The notes: generated from the letters alone by a model not told the origin. DNA of 64,000 nucleotides from an uncultured Actinomycetota bacterium (GCA_963706045.1 CAVPLY010000014.1:20656-84655); one strand, 5' to 3'; counted from the first letter of the stretch, positions 45,573-55,168 are shown. Numbers and translations are program-made.

Positions 45573-46522
45573 ATGCGACTCCGGATCCCGGCTCTTCTTG
45601 CCAGTGTCTGCGCTCTTGTGCTCCTGGGATCAGGTGGCGTGGGCCCAGTAGAGGCAGGCTCGACTAGCTCCAAGCCCAAGGTGGTCCGCATCGTCTCGGT
45701 CGGAGATATCGCCTGCGACCCCAGTAGTCCGTACATCAAGAAGCCGGGCTACTGCCAGCACGATCGGGTCGGCGCGCTGGTCAAGCGCATGGTGAAGCGG
45801 GGAGCCGACTCGTTCGTCACGCTGGGCGACGCCCAGTACGAGACCGCGAAGTACAAGGCCTTCCGCGCTGAGTTCCACCCCGCTTTCCGCGACGTCCGAT
45901 CGGTGACGAAAGCAGTGGCGGGCAACCATGAGTACTACACCAACGGGGCGCGAGGTCACTTCCGCTACTGGGGCAAACGCGCGGGCACGCGCAAACAGCC
46001 TTGGCGCACGTACACGCCCGTCGCTGGGTGGCGGGTCCTCCTGCTCGACTCGAACTGTGAGCGTGTCGGGGGGTGCGGTCCGAGACTCGCCGACAGGGCA
46101 AGTGGCTGAAGTCGCGTACTGGATCCGCAACTCGCGTACGTGCACCGTCGCAATGTGGCATCACCCGCTGCAGACGTCGGGCGCTTACGCAGGAAACATC
46201 GACAGCGGTCGCACGCGCTCGAGCTGTGGAAGATCGCCAATGCGGGCGGAGTCGATGTGGTCCTCAATGGCCACGACCACATTTACGAGCGCTTCGCCAA
46301 GACGCAGCGACATCCAGCAGTTCGTCGTGGGAACGGGTGGAAAGAACCACTACGACATCACGACCAAGTCGCCGGGCAGCAAGAAGCGGATCGGCGATCG
46401 CTACGGCGTCCTACGTCTCGATCTATTGAGCGACGGCACGTACACAGCATGCATTCGTGACGACCGCCGGCAACGTGGTCGACAGAGGCCGCAATACCTG
46501 TAGCAACGAGCCCCAGCGCTGA
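45573..46522 (+). pseudogene. Secreted calcineurin-like metallophosphoesterase, at least four frame changes
   Basis: Signal peptide MRLRIPALLASVCALVLLGSGG. GDIACD, LGDAQYE and GNHEY motifs are in frame 0. Then ...TVAMWHHPLQTSG (frame 1), VDVVLNGHDHIYERF (frame 0), QQFVVGTGGKNHYD...YGVLRLDLLSDGTYT (frame 1) and AFVTTAGNVVDRGRNTC (frame 2, stop 46520-46522). Confidence 0.65.
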
Positions 46523-46734
46523 CGACGCCTAGGGCTCTGCGCGCGTAGCGCACGGTGCGGACAAGCCCGTGCTGCTGCCCGGGCCTTCTTCACCGCCCGT
46601 GCAGCTGCCACTTCAGCGTCGATCACCGGAAATCCCCACCCGTCGAGCGTGATGAGGTCGGGTGCGACCAACGCGCACATTCCGACTCCGTCGCACGCCG
46701 CGGCGTCGATGCTCAGCGTCTCTTGTCGGCTCAT
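46423..46734 (-). CDS. Small ferredoxin (single-cluster type); 3' end uncertain
   Basis: ATG 46734 overlaps the upstream stop (ATGA). SIDAAACDGVGMCALVAPD...ARACPHRAL is a typical ~65-aa actinobacterial ferredoxin. The listed frame runs on to 46423, overlapping the phosphoesterase. A one-base shift near 46545 would stop it at 46529. Confidence 0.6.
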   Translation of the reverse strand: MSRQETLSIDAAACDGVGMCALVAPDLITLDGWGFPVIDAEVAAARAVKKARAAARACPHRALRAQSPRRRQRWGSLLQVLRPLSTTLPAVVTNACCVRAVAQ

Positions 46735-47927
46735 GCGGCAACCCGTCCTGGCACAGTGATGTCGTGGCGACGGGCACAGGTGCTGCGCCGCCGGTGGGCT
46801 GGGAGGTCGGCGGCAAACACCTGCAGCGCAGACCCGAGCATCCGGAGCGCGCCATCGGGGTGATGGCAGGCGCCGCGTCCAACAACCGTGGCCGAGATGT
46901 TGGCGAGCCGTGCCGAGTCACCGCGACGGGCCCGGCCATCGGCGACCCGTGTCATGACATCGGCCAGCGCGTCGAGGCCGAACAGGCATGGGCCGCACTG
47001 TCGCGCACTGGACGCCGCCAGGTACTGCAGAATCTGAGCTGTGGCCGCCAGCCCGCAGCTGGACCGCGGGAGTGCCATCACAATGCCGGCGCTGGCCACC
47101 CGTTCGAGGTCGCCGAGCGACTGCGAAGCGACGTCATCCCAGCGATGCCAGGATCCGCCGTATCCGCCGAGCAAGAGCGCCTGCGCATCGCCCCCGGCGG
47201 CGGCGACCAGCGACGCCATCGTCTGGTCAGGCGCAGCTTCGACGACGGTCTTCCCTGACGACGTCGTAATGGTGAGCAGACGACTGTCTGCAGGCTCACC
47301 ATTGGACGCTGCCAGTGCGACGCGGGCGATGGTCTCGACGTTGTGCACCAAGGTGGGCCGACCGTCGACGCCACTGACGGCCGCTGGCGTGGTGCGAGTG
47401 ACAGGGAGCGCGGGCCCGCCGGATAGTGCGCGCACAATCGCACTCGACTCACCGCTCAGATACCGGGCCGGACCCTCGGCGATTCTGAGGGGGATGTCGG
47501 GCACACCTGCTGCGCGGCGTTCGACGATCGCCCGCTCGATGGCTACGCGGCTGTGCGCGGCTCCGTGGTGGAGCCAGATGATGCCCTCAACGCTGCCGGT
47601 GGCGCGGGCGGTGGCGTTGAGGCCGTCGAGGACCAGGTGTGGGCGAAGCTGCAGCAGCGCAGCGTCCTTGGCGCTGGCCGGCTCACTCTCGGCGCCGTTG
47701 GCCACAACGAGGCCGCCGCCTCCGGCGTCAATGGCCGACTGCCACTTGCGAGCTGTGGGGAAGAAGGCGCCTCCGTAGCCGCGCAGATCGGTGTCGCGCA
47801 CACGGGCGAGCACCTCGGCCGCGTCGAGCCGGGTTGGTCGTCGGTCGCGGTGCTCGCTGAGTGACTCGCCGACATCCATCGCCACGCGGTGGACGCCGAT
47901 CGGCACGGCGGTATCGAAGATCCTCAC
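46731..47927 (-). CDS. NuoF-like NAD(P)H-binding Fe-S flavoprotein (Complex I 51 kDa-related)
   Basis: GTG 47927 overlaps the upstream stop (GTGA), behind GGAGGA. LRGYGGAFFPTARKW (cf. the NuoF GGAGFPTGxKW loop), ANGAESEP, and 4Fe-4S motif RQCGPCLFG...GRGACHHPDG. The 575-aa listed ORF is over-extended. Confidence 0.7.
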   Translation of the reverse strand: MRIFDTAVPIGVHRVAMDVGESLSEHRDRRPTRLDAAEVLARVRDTDLRGYGGAFFPTARKWQSAIDAGGGGLVVANGAESEPASAKDAALLQLRPHLVLDGLNATARATGSVEGIIWLHHGAAHSRVAIERAIVERRAAGVPDIPLRIAEGPARYLSGESSAIVRALSGGPALPVTRTTPAAVSGVDGRPTLVHNVETIARVALAASNGEPADSRLLTITTSSGKTVVEAAPDQTMASLVAAAGGDAQALLLGGYGGSWHRWDDVASQSLGDLERVASAGIVMALPRSSCGLAATAQILQYLAASSARQCGPCLFGLDALADVMTRVADGRARRGDSARLANISATVVGRGACHHPDGALRMLGSALQVFAADLPAHRRRSTCARRHDITVPGRVAA

Positions 47928-48619
47928 CTTCGGTCCTCCCCGAGCGTGGACCGGAGGGGAGGCGTCATGTAGCGGCTGATGGCCGTGGCCACCACCAAGA
48001 GCGCCGAGCCGGCGTACCAGAACCACAGGGCGGCGGAGTCGGTGCCGGCGAGGACGCCATGAGCCCAGACGGCTGCGTAGATCACCAGGGTGGTGTGGTG
48101 GATCGGCCACCAGACTCGGCCGAGGCGCCCGGCGAACCGTGCCGTCAGACCCGCCACCAAACCGGCGTACAGGCCGAGCCAGCCCAGCGTGACCGGCAGC
48201 GGCCGGTACTCGGCGCCCAAGGGAAGGACGACGCCGGACCAGCCGACCCCTGCGTAGTCGTCCAGGGCGAGGACCACGACGTGCAACGTGATGAACACGA
48301 GCGTGAACGTCGCAAGGCCCACATGGACGCGAAGCATCGTGGCGCGCGGCAGGGAGCGAAGTGCGGTTCCACGCGGATGGGCCAGAAGGAGCCCGAGCAT
48401 CACAAGGGCAGTCAGCAGGAACATGCCGGCCAGGCCCGACACCCGCGCCAGGAGCCACTTCGGGTGCTCACCGCCGGCGACCTGCAGCGCGACCCAACCG
48501 ATCGCCCACCCGGCTACGAGGGCGCCGAATGCAACAGCCACCGCTGAGACCCAGGGGTGCCAGGGGGAGTTCGAGGTCGAAGGTCGCGTGGGCTCAACCA
48601 GCTGCGGTCTATGCGTCAT
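47924..48619 (-). CDS. Ferric-reductase-like (FRD) six-TM di-heme membrane protein
   Basis: 231 aa with ~6 TM helices. His pairs H-x13-H (HVGLATFTLVFITLH) and H-x12-H (HHTTLVIYAAVWAH) are spaced as in the FRD/NOX/MsrQ-type bis-heme domain. Confidence 0.7.
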   Translation of the reverse strand: MTHRPQLVEPTRPSTSNSPWHPWVSAVAVAFGALVAGWAIGWVALQVAGGEHPKWLLARVSGLAGMFLLTALVMLGLLLAHPRGTALRSLPRATMLRVHVGLATFTLVFITLHVVVLALDDYAGVGWSGVVLPLGAEYRPLPVTLGWLGLYAGLVAGLTARFAGRLGRVWWPIHHTTLVIYAAVWAHGVLAGTDSAALWFWYAGSALLVVATAISRYMTPPLRSTLGEDRR

Positions 48620-49573
48620 GGACGTCCCGCTCCCAGATCAAATGGCGCGTGAGCGCGGGGCTGTGCGCGGTCCGACCGTCGGTGGTTACCCAGTAGGCGG
48701 CGAGGTCTTCTGTTCGGCAGACGTCTGCGACGGCCTCCCGACCAGCGATGAGCAGTGATTTGCTCCACACCTCGGCGGTCACGGTCGAGTCGGCGATCAC
48801 CGTGACCGACTGCAGCCCCCGGCGGCCGGACGCCCCGTTCGAGGATCGATCAGGTGGTGACGCAGCTCGCCGTCCTGCACCCAGCGGCGCCGACCGGTCG
48901 ACGAGGTCGCACAGCTGCCCGACCACATCTGCAGCACCGCGAGTGTGCGGGTGGGGTCGCTGGGGTCTTCGATGGCGGCCGTCCACCCGTCACCGTCCGG
49001 GCCATCGCCCGATACGGCTAGGTCTCCACCGGCGTTGACGAGGAAGCTGGGAAGCTCCGTTGCGAGGAGGGCAGCGGCGGCGTCCACGCACCAGCCCTTC
49101 CCGATGCCCCCTAGGTCGATGGGATCTGGTCCGAGCTCGATCGTGGTGCGACTGGTGTCGACGCGTGGTCGCCAGGTGGTGACCACCGGAGAACTGGAGT
49201 CTCCTCCCGCCAAAGCACGTGACTCTGATGGCAAGTCGTCGAAACTGCGGTCGTAGCCGGCGGACACCAGGCCTTGAAGAATTCGTGGATCGAAGAGTCC
49301 ACCGGTCAAGGCGTAGGCGTCGCGAGCGGCAGCAACGATCGATGCGCACTCCGGCGCCACCTGGTGCGCGGTCGCTGGGTCCTCGTTCGCCCGCATCAGG
49401 TCGCTGTCCTGGCGAAAGCGCGTGCATGAGCGCTCAACGCGTGTGAACAGAGACTCGACCTGGCCGCTCAGCGTCGCGACGTCGACCCCGTCCGGCAGCT
49501 GGACCGTGACCGCGGTGCCCATCGCCGCGAACGTGTGGCGAGTCCACGTCCGTTGGTCGGTGCTGGCCACCAT
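48609..49573 (-). pseudogene. apbE: ApbE-type FAD:protein FMN transferase, frame broken once (48816-48820)
   Basis: MVASTDQRTWTRHTFAAMGT..., IDLGGIGKGW, HHLIDPRTGRPA. After this, GLQSVTVIADSTVTAEVWSKSLLIAG continues in the 48986 frame. The junction is a C5/G5 run. Start overlaps the upstream stop (ATGA). Confidence 0.75.
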
Positions 49574-50031
49574 CAGGACCCGCCAGTGCTCGTGTTCGCG
49601 GTGGGTGCGGGAGCAGGGGCAGGCTTGGGCGCCGCGGCGCCTCCGCCGCTTCCGCCAGATGAACCACCGCTCGTTGAGCCTCCAGAGGTTCCGGATGTGC
49701 TGCTCGAGGTACCAGAGCTTCCGGTACTGCTGGAGTACACCGGGGAAGAGGCTGCCACGACCACCGCGTTCTTGCGGGCGTTCTGCAGACGTTCGCGTGC
49801 GTGCATGACGGCCTTCTCCAGATGCCGGACGTCGACGCGCTCGGCTGCGACGGCTTTGGTCAAGGCGCGGAGGGCTGGGTCCTTTGTCGTAGCCGGAGCC
49901 GCACTTGTTGCCGGAAGCGGAACGGCTGCGGCCGATTGGTCATCAGCGCTGATCGCCCAGCCTGTGGCGGCAACGACCGCGAGGGCTGCGACGGGCGCGG
50001 TGAGAGCCAGCGGAGAGATGGCCCTAGTCAT
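49573..50031 (-). CDS. Signal-anchored low-complexity protein with Ser/Gly-rich tail (paralog of 50024..50527)
   Basis: ATG 50031 (MTRAISPLALTAPVAALAVVAATGWA), a helical middle segment, then SSSTGSSGTSSSTSGTSGGSTSGGSSGGSGGG and APKPAPAPAPT. Overlaps the upstream gene by 8 nt (ATGACTAG). Confidence 0.55.
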   Translation of the reverse strand: MTRAISPLALTAPVAALAVVAATGWAISADDQSAAAVPLPATSAAPATTKDPALRALTKAVAAERVDVRHLEKAVMHARERLQNARKNAVVVAASSPVYSSSTGSSGTSSSTSGTSGGSTSGGSSGGSGGGAAAPKPAPAPAPTANTSTGGS

Positions 50032-50527
50032 CGTAGCCACCGTGGTCCTCGTCATCCTCGTGCTCGTCGTCGTCGTCGTACTCATCCCCGTCATCGCTCT
50101 CGTGGTCGTTCTCGTACGCGTCGTCGTCGCCTTCGTACGAGCCGTCACGGTCGTCGGAGTGTGTCTTGGTCGGCGCTGGTGCCGGTGCCGGGGAGGTCGA
50201 AGGGGTGGACGAGGAGGGGCTGCCGTCGTCGGAGTACGACGCCGCCGCCGCTCGTGCCGCCGCCGTGCGCATGCTCACCTGCTGAGTCTTGCCGCGCAGC
50301 TCGCCGAGCAGCGCCTTGAGGTGCTGGGAACGCCCATCGAGCTTGGCCAGCTCACGAGTGAGTGCCTTCATGGCTGCTGGGTCGGTGGTGGCGTCGTCGG
50401 TGGGCGTCACGGATGCGAGGGCCGGGTCGGTTGCCGAGCTGCCGACGCTGGCCAGCGCCAGACCGGCGCCCCCCAGGGCGAACGCAGCTACTGCGACGAT
50501 GGACGTGAGACGAGCGATGGGATTCAT
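50024..50527 (-). CDS. Signal-anchored protein with extremely acidic Asp/Glu/His/Tyr tail
   Basis: ATG 50527 behind AAGGAG. MNPIARLTSIVAVAAFALGGAGLALASVG, a helical segment, a PAPAPAPT linker, then DDRDGSYEGDDDAYENDHESDDGDEYDDDDEHEDDEDHGGYDD. Confidence 0.6.
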   Translation of the reverse strand: MNPIARLTSIVAVAAFALGGAGLALASVGSSATDPALASVTPTDDATTDPAAMKALTRELAKLDGRSQHLKALLGELRGKTQQVSMRTAAARAAAASYSDDGSPSSSTPSTSPAPAPAPTKTHSDDRDGSYEGDDDAYENDHESDDGDEYDDDDEHEDDEDHGGYDD

Positions 50528-50650
50528 GTGACAACTCCTTCGTGGGTTCTTGATGACCATCGCGCACCGAACGCCACAATCTGAGGTCGTTAACCTCGCC
50601 TTAGGGTCGGCCACAGGTGCTGACAACCGGGAATCCCCGTGGGAGGAACC

Positions 50651-50845
50651 ATGGCGCGACAGCCGGGAGCCCCTCGCTGGTTCGAAGACGTCCCCTGGCG
50701 GCTTGGGTTCCGCATCCGGTGGCTCGCGTTCGTCTTCTTCGGCCCGGCCCAGCTCGAGGGCGACGCTGATCCGCTCGAGAGGCTCAGACGCGAGAAGCAG
50801 CGGCGCTACGCCGTGCGGGCAGCCCGTCGCAGGCTCGCCGAATGA
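50651..50845 (+). CDS. Small Arg-rich hypothetical protein (64 aa)
   Basis: ATG 50651 behind GGGAGGA. MARQPGAPRWFEDVPWRLGFRIRWLAFVFFGPAQLEG... has one hydrophobic segment. High GC3. Confidence 0.45.
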   Translation: MARQPGAPRWFEDVPWRLGFRIRWLAFVFFGPAQLEGDADPLERLRREKQRRYAVRAARRRLAE

Positions 50846-50857
50846 GCAGTACTTCTG

Positions 50858-50934
50858 TGGGGTGAGTGACGGGACTTGAACCCGCGACATCCGCGACCAC
50901 AACGCGGCGCTCTACCAGCTGAGCTACACCCACC
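50858..50934 (-). tRNA. tRNA-His (anticodon GTG)
   Basis: Hand-folded cloverleaf: G(-1) GTGGGTG TA GCTC AGCTGGTA GAGC G CCGCG TTGTGGT CGCGG ATGTC GCGGG TTCAAGT CCCGT CACTCAC C CCA. The extra 5' G is typical of tRNA-His. CCA is encoded. Confidence 0.9.
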
Positions 50935-50991
50935 ACGGCCGTGAAGGCCGAAGGAGAGTCTAGCGGCGGGTCCTCGTGACTCCGAATCGAC

Positions 50992-51621
50992 TCAGGGTTG
51001 CGGGTCGCCGGCCGCGTCCTGGCCAGGGGCGCTGAACCGAGCGGAGATCTTTTTGGCGGTGGCCGAGTCGGGACCGGGCTGCGGCACGAAGACCGCTGCT
51101 CGGTAGTAGGCGAGCTCGTTGATGGACTCGGTGATGTCGGCCAGGGCGCGGTGGCCACCGCGCTTGGCCGGGGCCTGGAAGTATGCCCGCGGATACCAGC
51201 GGCGCGACAGCTCTTTGATCGACGAGACGTCGATCATGCGGTAGTGCAGGAAGGCGTCGAGAGTGGTGAGGTCGCGCGCCACGAAGTTGCGGTCGGTCGC
51301 GATCGAGTTGCCTGCCATCGGCGCCTTGCGTGGCTCTGTGACGTACTCGCGGATGTAGTCGAGAGCCTGCTCCTCTGCCTCGGCCAGGGAGATGCCGCCG
51401 GCCAGCTCGTCCAGCAAGCCGGACTTCGTGTGCATGTTGCGTACGAAGTCGTCCATCTGCTCAAGGGCTGCGTCAGGGGGCTTGATCACGACGTCGACCC
51501 CGTCGCCGAGGATGTTGAGCTCGTCGTCGGTGACGAGCACGGCCAGTTCGATCAGGGCGTCGTGGACGAGGTCGAGACCGGTCATCTCGCAGTCGACCCA
51601 CACCATGTGCGTGGTACTCAT
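50992..51621 (-). CDS. orn: Oligoribonuclease
   Basis: 209 aa. DEDDh exonuclease motifs [27 protein letters not shown]. The orn-tRNA-His adjacency is common in Actinobacteria. Confidence 0.9.
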   Translation of the reverse strand: MSTTHMVWVDCEMTGLDLVHDALIELAVLVTDDELNILGDGVDVVIKPPDAALEQMDDFVRNMHTKSGLLDELAGGISLAEAEEQALDYIREYVTEPRKAPMAGNSIATDRNFVARDLTTLDAFLHYRMIDVSSIKELSRRWYPRAYFQAPAKRGGHRALADITESINELAYYRAAVFVPQPGPDSATAKKISARFSAPGQDAAGDPQP

Positions 51622-51656
51622 GGCCCGAAGGCTAGCGGGCCGGCACGACAGCGTTG

Positions 51657-52628
51657 CTACGCGTCGATGATGACGTCCTCGACGGGACGTCGTGGTGTCG
51701 CGGGTGCCGCTGGCGCATACCCGATGCGGAAGAGCATCTGTGGGAAGCCGATCGGCTGGTCAGGGTCGCGAACGAGCCACCGCAGGCCTGGTGCTTCAAG
51801 TGCCTGGTTCGCATATGTGGCGACCAGGCCCTCGACGGTGGCGACAAGTAGGACGCGTTGCAGCGCCTGTCCGGCGGCGATCCACGAACCCGGGTCGTCA
51901 CGTGACGTCGTGAGAACAGCCAAGGTTGGGTCGTTCTCGAAGACGGCGAATCCGCGTCCTGAGATCACGCGTCCGGGAGCGAGATCGCGGTGGGGTGTGG
52001 CGGGGCTCTGGGGAATGGGCCCGAGCGAGTCGGAGGGGACGCCATCGGCGCGGCTCGACGCCACCCCGGTCCACTTCTTGGCCTCGGCGGCGACGCTGGG
52101 GTCGGCCGTGGCGTCCGCGTCGTGGATGAGGTCGACGAGTCGCCGTCGCTCGCCCGGTTCGGTGACGGGGTAGAAGATGGCGCCCTCTTGGCTAGCGGCC
52201 TCGGAGAGGGCCTCCAGGACGGCCGGGGGTACAGGCCGATCTTCGTAGGGGTTCCGGTTCGTGTGCCTGTGGGGGATGGCGGCGAAGAGCTCGTCGACCA
52301 TGGCGCTCGCCGAGACCTCGCCATGCAGGTCGATCGTCGCGAGGTGGTCGGGGTCGTCGGTCGGTGCCATCGTGACGGTGCTCGTGCGGCCGAAGTGTTC
52401 TGCCGCCAAACGCAGGTTGAGCAAGGCGGCCCCGCATGACATCAGCAGCGCTCGACCGTCTGGGTCTTGGGCGTGCAACTGACGCGAAGGGTCGGCGAAG
52501 AGGTGGATCTGGTCGCCGTCGATCTTGAAGAGCCACGGCTGGGTGTTGTGCACAGACGGAGCCGCGACGGCCGCGGCGATCAGTTGACGCAACAGAGTAG
52601 GAGTCAGGTTCGCCGTCGAGGCGATCAT
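51657..52628 (-). CDS. Acg-family (tandem nitroreductase-like) FMN-binding protein
   Basis: ATG 52628 overlaps the USP stop. [10 protein letters not shown] motif and ~320-aa double nitroreductase fold, like the mycobacterial Acg/Rv2032-type dormancy proteins. Confidence 0.75.
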   Translation of the reverse strand: MIASTANLTPTLLRQLIAAAVAAPSVHNTQPWLFKIDGDQIHLFADPSRQLHAQDPDGRALLMSCGAALLNLRLAAEHFGRTSTVTMAPTDDPDHLATIDLHGEVSASAMVDELFAAIPHRHTNRNPYEDRPVPPAVLEALSEAASQEGAIFYPVTEPGERRRLVDLIHDADATADPSVAAEAKKWTGVASSRADGVPSDSLGPIPQSPATPHRDLAPGRVISGRGFAVFENDPTLAVLTTSRDDPGSWIAAGQALQRVLLVATVEGLVATYANQALEAPGLRWLVRDPDQPIGFPQMLFRIGYAPAAPATPRRPVEDVIIDA

Positions 52629-53523
52629 GACTCCGTCGTCCCAGGTCGCACGATGAGGACGGGGCACTTCGCGTGGTGGAGCAGCGACCGGCTGGTCGAA
52701 CCGAGCAGCATGCTCTGAATCCGCCGTGTCCGCGCGAGCCCACGACAACGAGTGCAGCGCCCTGCGAAGCCTCCGCCAGCACCTTGGCCGGCCGTCCCTG
52801 GCGCAGGCGCTGCTCTACCTGGACGTCTGGGTACTTCTCGCCGAGGCCAGCGACCGTCTCGGCCATCGCGCGCAGTTCGTCGGTGTGAGCCTCTTCGAGA
52901 AGCAGTGTGTCGGGCATGACGATTCCGGCGGTGTCGTAGTCGGGTGCGTTCCACACGTGCAGAAGAGTGAGACCTGCATGCCGCATAGAAGCCTCAGCGA
53001 AGGCGATGCGAGTGGCGTCCACCGACAGTTCGGAGCCATCGATTCCCACGACGACGCGACCGGCCTCAAGGCCGGGCTCATCGGATTCGCTTGACGGCAC
53101 GACGGCGACCGGGCAGCTTGCGTGCGTGACCACTTGCTGCGTGACCGAGCCGAGGATGAACTCCGTGACGCGATCGAGGCCGGAACTCCCCACCACTACC
53201 AACGTGGCGGTCTCAGCGGCGTCCAGGAGTGCCGCCGCCGGTGTTCCGGGGTACAGCGAACCGTTGATCGTGACGTCGGGGGCGGTCGCCTGCAGGCGAC
53301 CGACGGCGTTATCGAGAACCGACTGCGCGGCGTCCCGAATGCGATCATCTGAGAGGCCGACTGGTGCTGGTCCGAGCCCCACTGGAGGTAGTGGGATCGA
53401 CCAGCTGTGCACGACGTCGAGTGGTACGTGCCACCGAGCCGCGACGTCCAACGCCCAGACAGCAGCATTGAACGCCTGGTCAGATCCATCAACGCCTACG
53501 ACGACTGCGGGGCGGTTCGGCAT
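52625..53523 (-). pseudogene. Tandem-domain universal stress protein, frame broken once (~52715-52725)
   Basis: ATG 53523 behind AAGGAGGA. VVVGVDGS...VVGSSGLDRVTEFILGSVTQQVVTHASCPVAVVP, then VVVGIDGS...VVGSRGHGGF. The terminal MLLGSTSRSLLHHAKCPVLIVRP is in another frame. Confidence 0.7.
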
Positions 53524-53577
53524 GGTGATCCTCCTTGCGGGACGTTTTCAGGATCACCGTTGGGGGCGCAGCGGCTG

Positions 53578-53597
53578 GCAGGGACGTTGGTCCCGAC
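53578..53597. promoter_or_regulatory. DosR/DevR-type box (GGGAC-N4-GTCCC)
   Basis: GCAGGGACGTTGGTCCCGAC has a perfect palindromic core, GGGACGTTGGTCCC (53581-53594). It matches the TTSGGGACTWWAGTCCCSAA core and is centred ~65 nt upstream of the USP start. Confidence 0.5.
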
Positions 53598-53639
53598 TAG
53601 GGGTAGCGAAGGTCACGTGCATGGAGATGCAGGTCGAAA

Positions 53640-53715
53640 TGGCGCCCCCGGCACGATTCGAACGTGCGACCAACTGCTTAGAAGGCAGCTGCTCTATCCA
53701 CTGAGCTACGGGGGC
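53640..53715 (-). tRNA. tRNA-Arg (anticodon TCT)
   Basis: Hand-folded cloverleaf: GCCCCCG TA GCTC AGTGGATA GAGC A GCTGC CTTCTAA GCAGT TGGTC GCACG TTCGAAT CGTGC CGGGGGC G CCA. Confidence 0.9.
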
Positions 53716-53877
53716 GGGACGTGCGGGATTCCTTGTGGGAAACCTGCTGGACCCTGCCGCGATCGGTTGGGATCGGGGCGGATTAAGTCTAGGGGGCGGG
53801 CTTTGGTGCTGGTTTGGCCCCGATGGAGGCTTCCGCGATCTATTTGGTGGGCCCAGCAGGGCAGGGCGGCCAGGCAC

Positions 53878-55093
53878 TCACAGCCGCTCGAGAATGAGGG
53901 CCATGCCCTGGCCCCCTCCGACGCACATGGTGATGAGGCCAGTTGTCTTGTCGTGCCAATCGAGGGAGTTGACCATCGTGGCCTGCAGGCGTGCGCCTGT
54001 CATACCAAAGGGATGCCCGACGGCGATGGCTCCGCCGTTGATGTTGAGACGGTCGATGTCAATGGCGAGATCTTGGTAGTGCCGGGACGACTTGCGCTGC
54101 GAACGCTTCGTTCATCTCGACCAGATCGATGTCGTTGATGCTCATGGCCGCGAGTTCGAGGGCGTTCCGTGTCGCCTGCACCGGTCCGATACCCATGATC
54201 TCCGGAGACAGACCGGAGACACCCGTCGAAACGATTCGGGCCAGCGGTCGAATGCCGAGATCAGCGGCTCTGCTGTCGGACATGATCACCACGGCTGCCG
54301 CACCGTCGTTGAGCGGGCAGGAGTTGGCTGCTGTCACGATGCCGTCGGATCGAAACACCGGTGGGAGTTCCGAAATGGAGTCGTAGGTAACACCGGAGCG
54401 CGGCCCATCGTCGGCCGCGACGACTGTCCCATCGGGTAACGCGATTGGGGTTATCTCACGTGACCAGAACCCGTCTGCGACCGCCTGCACCGCGAGGTTC
54501 TGTGAGCGAACTGCGAACTCATCCAACTCCCGCCTAGATAGGCCACGCAGTGTTGCCACGTTCTCTGCGGTCTGGCCCATGTTGATGTAGGCGTCGGGTA
54601 AGAGCCCGTCCTCCCGCGGATCGTGCCAGGCCTGGTTGGCCGTCATGGTCGATGTGGTTCGTTCCGTCGCCGCATCGAAGAGGGGATTGTGGGTGTTTGG
54701 TTGGCCGTCGGAGGTGCCGAATCCGAATCTAGACACGGTTTCGACGCCGGCAGAGATGAAGACGTGGCCCTCTCCTGCTTTGATCGCGTGCATTGCCATC
54801 CGCGTCGTCTGCACCGACGACGCGCAGTAGCGGGTGATGGTGGCGCCGGGCACGGAATCCCATCCATTCAAGACGCTGACTACGCGCGCCATGTTGTAGC
54901 CGGCCTCACCTCCTGGCATTCCGCAGCCCAGCAGAAGGTCGTCGATGGTGGAAGGGTCCAGACCTTCGACCTTGTCGACCGCGGCTTTGGCCGCCAGCGC
55001 GGCCAGATCGTCCGGGCGGACATCTCGAAGCGACCCTTTGCGGGCCCGACCAATGGGGGTTCGGGCGCAGGAGACGATGACGGCTTCAGGCAT
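53878..55093 (-). pseudogene. Acetyl-CoA acetyltransferase (thiolase), frame broken once (~54080-54085)
   Basis: ATG 55093 (MPEAVIVSCARTPIG). Active-site Cys (ITRYCASSVQT), NEAFAAQ. The C-terminal RHYQDLAIDIDRLNINGGAIAVGHPFGMTGARL...MCVGGGQGMALILERL is in another frame and ends at TGA (53878-53880). Confidence 0.8.
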
Positions 55094-55168
55094 CCGTGCC
55101 ACGTGGGCCCCCGACCCGGGCATGCACGGCTAACGACGGCCACGTCGCCGCCCTGAACCGGCGGATCA

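Noticed and set aside
53524-53877. tRNA-Arg as the attachment site of a genomic island
   Set aside because: There is no integrase, excisionase or direct repeat of the tRNA 3' end. The decayed block lies on the 5' side of the tRNA, and composition is not visibly atypical.
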